From NCBI RefSeq assembly GCF_000008665.1, contig NC_000917.1, positions 1,620,001 through 1,652,000 of the forward strand: DNA of 32,000 nt, read 5' to 3'. The notes below the pieces were generated by a model. It saw only the letters and a program-made list of their open reading frames with translations, had not been told where the DNA came from and did not search any database. This stretch comes from Archaeoglobus fulgidus DSM 4304 (GTDB lineage: Archaea > Halobacteriota > Archaeoglobi > Archaeoglobales > Archaeoglobaceae). Of the stretch, positions 26,507 through 32,000 are shown piece after piece. The translations under genes and the position numbers were made by a program. Numbering within the stretch: the stretch's first letter is position 1; each line of letters begins with the position of its first letter.

Positions 26507-27546
26507 TTGCAAGAGAGTGGCAGTTTGCACTGCCCGAAAAGAAGCACAAGAAAAAGTATTTTGGCAATCTGAAAGCAGAGGTAATCGATGCGGGACTTTG
26601 CTGCCACTGCGCTGCGTGCGCGTCAATCTGCCCGGTCAATGGAATAACAGCCGGTGACGCGCCAATCGATTTTCCCAACTGGGTCAAGGAGTGCGTTGAC
26701 TGCGGAGCCTGCATCAAGGTCTGCCCGAGATGGGAGTACACACCTAAAAACGGTCTTGGAGAGTACATTGAGGTTGTGGCAGCGAGGTCGAAGAGGTTCG
26801 TTGGACAGGATGGAGCCATGGTTACGGAATTCACCGCTTCAGCGCTTGAGATGGGGATAATCGAGAGGGCAATCTTTGTTGCGAGAGATTCCAACTGGAG
26901 GACGAGGGTTGTCACCATAAAGACCCCGGAGCAGCTTTACGACCGCAAAATTACCGGTACGAAGTATAGCTACGCCGACGTCCTTCCGGCGTTAAAGGAG
27001 GCCGTGCTTAAATCGGAGGCGGTGGGGTTTGTCGGCACTCCGTGCATGGTTTCAGCAGTAAGAAAGATGCAGCAGGCCTTTAAGAAGTTCGAGAGGGTTA
27101 AGCTTGCAATCGGCCTCTTCTGCACGGAAAACTTCTACCACCACGACCTCTACAAATTCCTGCTCGAAAAGGCAAACGCTGACTTAAGGAATGCCGTTAA
27201 GACGGACATCAAGAAGGGGAAGTTCATCGTTGAGATGAAGGACGGCAGCAAGGTGAGAATTCCCGTAAAGGACTTTGAGGAAATCATACCATCAGGATGT
27301 AAAGTCTGCCAGGACTTTGCGGCAGTTGAGAGTGACGTAAGCGTGGGCAGCGTTGGCAGCCCAAATCGCTTTTCAACGGTGATGGTCAGAACTGAAGTGG
27401 CGAAGCAGATTCTGGACTACATCAGAGAAAAGGACTACGCCGAGTTTGGCGAGGCGAAGCTCGACATCGTGCAGAAGCTCTGCGACCACAAGATGAAGAT
27501 TCACCCCTGGCCACCGAAGAAGAAAGAAGAGAAATCTGAAGAGTAA
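26503..27546 (+). CDS. fqoF: F420H2-oxidising input subunit FqoF (FrhB/FpoF family)
   Basis: From ATG 26503 the product is 347 aa (about 39 kDa); the tracked 26407 start lies inside the preceding ORF. It has an N-terminal 2x[4Fe-4S] region (CCHCAACASICP, CVDCGACIKVCP) followed by an FrhB-like flavin/F420 domain (GFVGTPCMVSAVRKM, CKVCQDF). Confidence 0.92.
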   Translation: MIAREWQFALPEKKHKKKYFGNLKAEVIDAGLCCHCAACASICPVNGITAGDAPIDFPNWVKECVDCGACIKVCPRWEYTPKNGLGEYIEVVAARSKRFVGQDGAMVTEFTASALEMGIIERAIFVARDSNWRTRVVTIKTPEQLYDRKITGTKYSYADVLPALKEAVLKSEAVGFVGTPCMVSAVRKMQQAFKKFERVKLAIGLFCTENFYHHDLYKFLLEKANADLRNAVKTDIKKGKFIVEMKDGSKVRIPVKDFEEIIPSGCKVCQDFAAVESDVSVGSVGSPNRFSTVMVRTEVAKQILDYIREKDYAEFGEAKLDIVQKLCDHKMKIHPWPPKKKEEKSEE

Positions 27547-27547
27547 T

Positions 27548-28117
27548 TTAGCCAATTTTTTCCATAATTATTTCGAAGGCCCTCTTCTCCCTCTCGCTCC
27601 CGCACTTCTGTACAATCTCTCTGTAGTAGTGAATCCTTTCGAGCAGCTCCTTTCTCCTCTCATCGCTCTTGATTGCCACGTATCTTGTGGCATGAACTAA
27701 AGCCTCTATTACCGCGCTCAGCCCCCTGTTGATTGCCCTCACCCTTTTCTCAATAATCTCTCCATCGGTCAGTTTGAGGTGCGCCACACCACTCCTCATC
27801 TCCGCCTCAAACCTGCACCACGCCATTGCGCCCTTGATGATAGGGGGGTTGGGGGATGCGTACCAATCATCGTTTAGATTTCCGAAGGAGGAGACTGCAA
27901 AAACCAAAGCGTCATCGGTTACGTTGGCAAACAAAACTCCACTCCTTTCGAGATTTGCTCTAGTTCTGTTTCTGTATAGCTTTGCTTTAGCCGTATCAGA
28001 GCTGGAATCTTCAACGATAATGCCAATGGGTGCTGCATTCCAGCTACCATCCTCGTTTTCGGTGATGGCTATAATTTCGTTAATCCCATCCGTGAATCCA
28101 AAATCAGCAAGCCTCAT
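27548..28117 (-). CDS. DUF447-family protein (split-barrel flavin-binding-like; tetrahydromethanopterin-linked family)
   Basis: A 189-aa protein beginning MRLADFGFTDGINEIIAITENEDGSWNAAPIGII, typical of DUF447 as I remember it. Its ATG overlaps the stop of the upstream CitG-like gene (4-nt overlap at 28114-28117). Confidence 0.7.
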   Translation of the reverse strand: MRLADFGFTDGINEIIAITENEDGSWNAAPIGIIVEDSSSDTAKAKLYRNRTRANLERSGVLFANVTDDALVFAVSSFGNLNDDWYASPNPPIIKGAMAWCRFEAEMRSGVAHLKLTDGEIIEKRVRAINRGLSAVIEALVHATRYVAIKSDERRKELLERIHYYREIVQKCGSEREKRAFEIIMEKIG

Positions 28118-28947
28118 ATTCTCCAGCCCTCCGCAAGCGCTAAGAAGATGGACGAGGCCGTTAAGTCGGCTATGGTCCCGGGGTTTGCACCATCCTTTAG
28201 CAGCTTTTCATCAAGCTCTTTTCTTTCTTCTTCTGTTCTCGCTTTTTCAGCCCACTCGGTAATCTTCTCCGCATACTCTCTGCCCATCTTGGCAATCACG
28301 AGCGGGTCTGGAAACTTGGAAAGGAGATGGTAGTAAAGCTCAACGACCGCCTTTCCAGAATTTCCGAAGCTTAAAAGGAACTTTGCCCCCTCAATACTGA
28401 TTTTAAAGCCATCAACTAGCTCTCTGGCTATCAGGTTCTCCTCGGGAGCCATCTTCATCCACTCGTAGAGATTTATTTTTTTCTGCGCAATTTCTTCTTC
28501 GGTTTTTCTGTCCTTCAAATTAAGCTCTCCGGCCTCAACAACTCTCGCATTGCTGAGCCTGAAAGCCTCGAGAACGCTTAAGCTGTCCCTGAAGTCCGTT
28601 CTTCTGAGCCTGTTTCTTGCAGCTTCGGCTATATCAACCATACCGCCTGCGTCCCATGAAGAGATGAGGGGAACAAGGAGCAGGAAGGCGCCGAAGTGAA
28701 CGTTCTCAGCCCTGTGCCACCTCATGCTCTCCTTCACAGCTCTCAGCACACCTTCTCCAATTATCCTTTTCTCCGCAACTTCCAGAAAAGCTGGAAATGC
28801 TCCTGCAGCGGAGGCGAGGAAGTGCTCGAATTTAAGGTCGTCAAAGTCGTGCTCCCTGTCAACATTGCCCGCCTTGGGATTTCCGGAAACCTCAAGCAGC
28901 AGGGAGAGGCAGCCAGCAACTGCGGCATCGCTGGGAGTTTTGAGCAT
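28114..28947 (-). CDS. CitG-like triphosphoribosyl-dephospho-CoA synthase family protein
   Basis: CitG-family blocks NPKAGNVDREHDF and GANPGTIADLTASS. ATG 28947 lies about 23 nt from the TATA-like aatttttaaa (28966-28975). The tracked GTG 28965 would abut that TATA, so it is less likely. Confidence 0.8.
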   Translation of the reverse strand: MLKTPSDAAVAGCLSLLLEVSGNPKAGNVDREHDFDDLKFEHFLASAAGAFPAFLEVAEKRIIGEGVLRAVKESMRWHRAENVHFGAFLLLVPLISSWDAGGMVDIAEAARNRLRRTDFRDSLSVLEAFRLSNARVVEAGELNLKDRKTEEEIAQKKINLYEWMKMAPEENLIARELVDGFKISIEGAKFLLSFGNSGKAVVELYYHLLSKFPDPLVIAKMGREYAEKITEWAEKARTEEERKELDEKLLKDGANPGTIADLTASSIFLALAEGWRI

Positions 28948-28965
28948 ATCTTTTGTTTTTATCAC

Positions 28966-28975
28966 TTTAAAAATT
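28966..28975 (-). promoter_or_regulatory. TATA-like box for the CitG-like/DUF447 operon
   Basis: aatttttaaa on the minus strand, about 23 nt upstream of ATG 28947 and 24 nt from the IS left end. Confidence 0.4.
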
Positions 28976-28998
28976 CTTTTCCGTGATGCAGAACTGAA

Positions 28999-29024
28999 TG
29001 TGGTATCCCAAATTATATTTACAC
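28999..29024. repeat. IS terminal inverted repeat (left)
   Basis: TGTGGTATCCCAAATTATATTTACAC matches the reverse complement of 29936-29961 (TGTAGTATCCCGAAATAACTTCACAC) at 20 of 26 positions, including 9 of the first 11. Confidence 0.85.
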
Positions 29025-29031
29025 TTTCCCT

Positions 29032-29918
29032 TCAATCCCACCACCTCCTCACAAACCACATAACTCTCTCTGGAGGAAGCTTGTACCAGAACACATTGCA
29101 AGGTTCATCCCAGTCCAAACTTCTATGAGGCTTAATCTCATTATGCCATCTTACAACAGCATCAACTGAGCCAAACTTTCCAGCTCTTCTTTCAACCTCT
29201 CCAAAGAACCTCTCTATCTTCCCATTCGTTTGTGGATGGTTCACTCTCGCAAGAATGTGCCTTACTCCATTCTCGGCCAAAAACTCCCTGAATCTGTGCC
29301 TAGCCTTCTCTCTGCTTTTCGCTGCAACAAATTGGGTACCATGGTCTGTGAGGATTTCATCCGGAATGCCATACTCAGCGAATCCTTTCTTGAGCACCTT
29401 GATTGTGTTCTCAGTAGTAGCAGAGTCAAATACTCCATAGCAGGTGATGAAGCGGGAAGCATCGTCCATGAAAGCGATTATCCACTTCTCTCCAACCTCT
29501 TCCAGTCTCCCTGCCATAAAGACATTGAGTGATCTCTTTCATAGCGAACCCACTTCCGCTGCTTTTTCTTCTTCATGTTCTCCTCCACCAAACCTTGGTT
29601 GAGTAAAACCTTGTAGATCGTGTTGTGGGGGATGTGAATGCAGTACTCTTCCTCTATTCTCTTTTCTAAGTGAACTGGACCGAGATTAAACCTTTTGTGT
29701 GCTTCCAGGATTATTCTTTCTGTTTCCTCGTCAATTTCCTTGGGTTTTCTTCCCGGTTTCTTCAGGAAGGGAATCTCACCAGTTTCTTTGAAGTGTTTGA
29801 TTATCTGATGGATTCTCTGCCTTGTCACCTGAAAGAACTCTGCTATCTTTGTTATCGGCTTTCCTTTCAGCCACTGTTTCACTATTCTGAGTATGTCCTT
29901 GTTTGTTAGCTTCCTCAC
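29032..29918 (-). pseudogene. IS transposase (N-terminal HTH + DDE/rve catalytic core) split into two overlapping ORFs by a -1 frame break
   Basis: ORF A is 29918-29478 (GTG start; HTH PITKIAEFFQVTRQRIHQIIKHF; ends ..SLWQGDWKRLERSG*). ORF B is 29517-29032 (..EKWIIAFMDDASRF, ILTDHGTQF, HPQTNGKIERFF = D, D, E). The ORFs overlap by 40 nt and I saw no slippery heptamer there. Confidence 0.8.
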
Positions 29919-29935
29919 GTGGCAATCTTGTTGGG

Positions 29936-29961
29936 GTGTGAAGTTATTTCGGGATACTACA
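29936..29961. repeat. IS terminal inverted repeat (right)
   Basis: See the left repeat; the hand alignment gives 20/26 identities. Confidence 0.85.
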
Positions 29962-29982
29962 AGATAAAAAGAACTTCAAAAA

Positions 29983-29991
29983 CTTTATATT
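29983..29991 (+). promoter_or_regulatory. TATA-like box of the nadA-nadX-nadC operon
   Basis: The sequence ctttatatt is centred about 26 nt upstream of ATG 30013, implying a leaderless transcript. Confidence 0.45.
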
Positions 29992-30005
29992 CATCTCATC
30001 TCCAT

Positions 30006-30034
30006 CGAACATATGTTCGCCGAACAAATGTTCG
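30006..30034 (+). promoter_or_regulatory. Two tandem palindromes CGAACA-N2-TGTTCG, candidate operator pair on the nadA start
   Basis: 30006-30019 is CGAACATATGTTCG, a perfect 14-mer palindrome. 30021-30034 is CGAACAAATGTTCG, with perfect 6-bp arms. The two are 15 bp apart and each contains an in-frame ATG (30013, 30028). Confidence 0.55.
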
Positions 30035-30914
30035 ACATTGAAAGGCTGAAAAGGCAGAAGAATGCGGTCATTCTGGCGCACAACTACCAGATACTGCCAA
30101 TTCAGGGCGTTGCAGACTTCGTTGGAGATAGCTTGAACTATCAATGGCTGCAAAGGATGTTGATGCAGACATAATCCTTTTCTGCGGAGTTGACTTCATG
30201 GCGGAGACTGCAGCAATCCTGAATCCCGATAAGAAGGTGCTGATTCCCTCAACGGAAGCAATCTGCCCGATGGCAATGCAGATTGATGCGGAGATGGTGA
30301 AAAAGGCCAAGGAGAAGTACAATGCTCCCTTCGTTGCCTACGTAAACACCCACGCAGAGACAAAGGCCGTGGCGGATGTTTGTTGCACCTCTGCCAACGT
30401 GGCGAAGGTTGTGGAGAACCTTGATGCTGAAAGAGTTTTGCTTGGTCCTGACGCAAACCTTGCGTGGTATGCTGCCGAGAAAACAGGGAAGGAGGTTATA
30501 GCGGTCCCGCAATATGGAAACTGCTGTGTTCACCAGTCTTTCACCGCTAAGGATGTTCTGACAGCGAGGGAAAAGCATCCGGATGCCACCATAATAGTGC
30601 ATCCTGAGTGCAGACCTGAAGTGCAGAAGCTTGCTGATTTTGTGGGCTCTACAAGCCAGATGGTCAGATTTGTAGAGCAAAGCGATGCTGAGAAGGTGAT
30701 TATAGGAACGGAAATAGGTCTGATTGAGCGGTTGAGACAGCAGAGCGACAAAACCATTCTGCCCCTCAAAGAGAGTGTCTGCAGGGCGATGAAGCGGAAC
30801 ACGATGGATGGCGTTGTTAAAGCGCTCGTTGAGGAGAGAAATGTGGTTAGAGTGGATGAAAAAATTGCCGAGAAAGCGAGAAGGGCGATAGAGAGGATGT
30901 TTGAGCTATGTTAG
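30013..30914 (+). pseudogene. nadA: Quinolinate synthase NadA, reading frame broken at ~30130-30132
   Basis: The frame-1 ORF 30013-30174 gives [41 protein letters not shown], then nonsense ([12 protein letters not shown]). Frame 3, open from 30132, gives [39 protein letters not shown]... through to 30914. The joined sequence aligns colinearly with the NadA I remember from Pyrococcus (..AHNYQ..ADFIGDSLELAR..VDFMAETAKILNP..). Adding 1 nt restores the frame. Confidence 0.85.
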
Positions 30915-31618
30915 TCGGCTTAATTGGATACGGGGCAATTGGAAAATTTCTGGCTGAGTGGCTTGAAAGGAACGGATTTGAGATTGCTGCCATTCTGGAT
31001 GTAAGGGGAGAGCACGAGAAGATGGTTAGAGGCATTGACGAGTTCCTCCAGAGGGAGATGGATGTGGCCGTTGAGGCTGCATCGCAGCAAGCTGTTAAGG
31101 ACTATGCGGAGAAAATTCTTAAGGCTGGCATAGACCTAATTGTTCTGAGCACCGGGGCCTTCGCTGACAGGGATTTTCTCAGCAGAGTCAGGGAAGTCTG
31201 CAGGAAAACGGGCAGGAGAGTTTACATAGCATCTGGGGCAATCGGTGGATTGGATGCCATTTTTTCAGCATCAGAGTTGATAGAGGAAATCGTTCTGACA
31301 ACAAGGAAGAATTGGAGGCAGTTTGGCAGAAAAGGTGTAATATTCGAAGGCTCTGCATCTGAGGCAGCTCAGAAATTCCCGAAAAACTTGAACGTTGCAG
31401 CGACGCTCAGCATTGCCTCAGGAAAAGACGTGAAGGTCAGGCTTGTAGCTGACGAGGTTGAGGAGAACATCCACGAAATTCTGGTGAGGGGAGAGTTTGG
31501 GGAGATGGAAATCAGAGTTAGGAACAGGCCAATGAGGGAAAATCCGAAGACGAGCTATCTTGCTGCCCTTTCTGTAACGAGAATTTTGAGAAATCTTAAG
31601 GAGGGATTGGTGGTTTGA
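30908..31618 (+). CDS. nadX: L-aspartate dehydrogenase
   Basis: 236 aa with an N-terminal Rossmann GLIGYGAIG and the AspDH-type C-terminal region (ASGAIGGLD; NLNVAATLS). It lies between nadA and nadC and overlaps the nadA stop by 7 nt. Confidence 0.92.
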   Translation: MLVGLIGYGAIGKFLAEWLERNGFEIAAILDVRGEHEKMVRGIDEFLQREMDVAVEAASQQAVKDYAEKILKAGIDLIVLSTGAFADRDFLSRVREVCRKTGRRVYIASGAIGGLDAIFSASELIEEIVLTTRKNWRQFGRKGVIFEGSASEAAQKFPKNLNVAATLSIASGKDVKVRLVADEVEENIHEILVRGEFGEMEIRVRNRPMRENPKTSYLAALSVTRILRNLKEGLVV

Positions 31619-32000
31619 AGGCACTAATAAAGAAAAAGCTGCTGGAGTTTCTGGAGGAGGACATGCCTTACGGGGATGTGACGGCCATCCCTACAAAGGA
31701 TGTGGAGGCAGTTATCGTTTCAAAGGGCGAGGGAGTTTTGGCGGGGGTTGGGGTTGTTAAGATACTTTTCGACCTTGCAGAAATCGTTGTGATGGAGTCC
31801 AAGAAAGACGGGGAGCCAATAAAGCCCGGAGACGTGGTGATGAGGCTGAGGGGAAAATCTGACTCAATCCTTGCAACGGAGAGACTTGCAATCAACATTT
31901 TGATGAGAATGAGCGGGATTGCTACCGCAACAGCAAAAATGGTGGAGAGGGCAAGGAGAGTGAATCCCAAAGTTGTTGTTGCAGCAACGAGGAAAACAAC
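31615..32000 (+). CDS. nadC: Nicotinate-nucleotide pyrophosphorylase (quinolinate phosphoribosyltransferase), N-terminal ~128 codons; continues beyond the window
   Basis: The frame-1 ORF runs from TTG 31615 (overlapping the nadX TGA) to the window end: KALIKKKLLEFLEEDMPYGDVTA...ILATERLAINILMRMSGIATATAKMVE..VVAATRKT, typical of NadC. It is missing from the track because it has no stop. The tracked minus ORF 31668-31970 is its antisense shadow. Confidence 0.88.
   Translation, partial: MKALIKKKLLEFLEEDMPYGDVTAIPTKDVEAVIVSKGEGVLAGVGVVKILFDLAEIVVMESKKDGEPIKPGDVVMRLRGKSDSILATERLAINILMRMSGIATATAKMVERARRVNPKVVVAATRKT

Larger units (their letters stand above)
28999..29961 (-). mobile_element. 963-bp insertion sequence, IS481/IS3-superfamily type (length matches the ISA0963 element name I recall from A. 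fulgidus)
   Basis: It is bounded by 26-bp imperfect inverted repeats with TGT...ACA termini and encodes an HTH + rve (DDE) transposase filling 29032-29918. It sits exactly between two divergent promoters. Confidence 0.9.

Noticed and set aside
28961-28987. ATCAC ... GTGAT 5-bp inverted repeat flanking the CitG-like TATA box, and a similar GTGAT..ATCAC at 10397-10417
   Set aside because: Five-bp arms with 11-17 nt spacers are far too common by chance, and there is no extended similarity between the two sites.
29478-29517. Programmed -1 ribosomal frameshift in the IS transposase (IS3-style orfA/orfB)
   Set aside because: The 40-nt overlap (atggcagggagactggaagaggttggagagaagtggataa on the coding strand) contains no X-XXY-YYZ slippery heptamer or A6G motif. 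A simple indel is more likely.
28985-29975. Target-site duplication flanking the IS
   Set aside because: I compared the flanks (..gcagaactgaa | IS | agataaaaagaac..). No direct repeat of 3 bp or more abuts the inverted repeats. The shared gaact pentamer is not adjacent on the right side.
31668-31970. 100-aa minus-strand ORF at the window end
   Set aside because: It is the antisense shadow of nadC. nadC is open on the plus strand from 31615 to the window edge and reads as a typical quinolinate phosphoribosyltransferase.

Overview
This looks like a compact (~90% coding) euryarchaeal chromosome segment. From memory it best matches Archaeoglobus fulgidus: gene order fqoJKMLNABCDHIF, a 236-aa L-aspartate dehydrogenase and a 963-bp IS. 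I could not run any search to confirm this.

Gene content, left to right:
- rio1 (5'-truncated), a KH/Dim2-like gene and type IA topoisomerase, all translationally coupled.
- Two small divergent wHTH genes.
- A tightly packed operon: wHTH, radical SAM with a TRAM-like C-terminus, an IMP-cyclohydrolase-like domain protein, and an ASCH+HTH fusion.
- A decayed HEPN/nucleotidyltransferase toxin-antitoxin remnant that is absent from the ORF track.
- A TIP49/RuvB-like AAA+ ATPase.
- DUF1284, then a class-III aminotransferase coupled to a 300-aa atypical kinase-like protein.
- An operon of TetR, a secreted multi-Ig-like surface protein, an ABC ATPase and a double-FtsX permease.
- A zinc-ribbon ORF and a PPP phosphatase.
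- The complete F420H2:quinone oxidoreductase (complex-I-like) operon, about 11 kb.
- A DUF447 plus CitG-like pair.
- A 963-bp IS with 26-bp imperfect terminal inverted repeats.
- nadA, nadX and nadC (3'-truncated).

I found no rRNA, tRNA or CRISPR array, and no convincing new multi-gene defence-type system.

The observations most worth a second look are:
- Two tandem palindromes on the nadA start.
- An extra 2x[4Fe-4S] domain joined to FqoI across a frame break.
- The aminotransferase/kinase-like pair.
- The radical-SAM/TRAM/ASCH operon.
- An unusually high number of single-nucleotide frame breaks. Sequencing error must be excluded before any biological reading of these.
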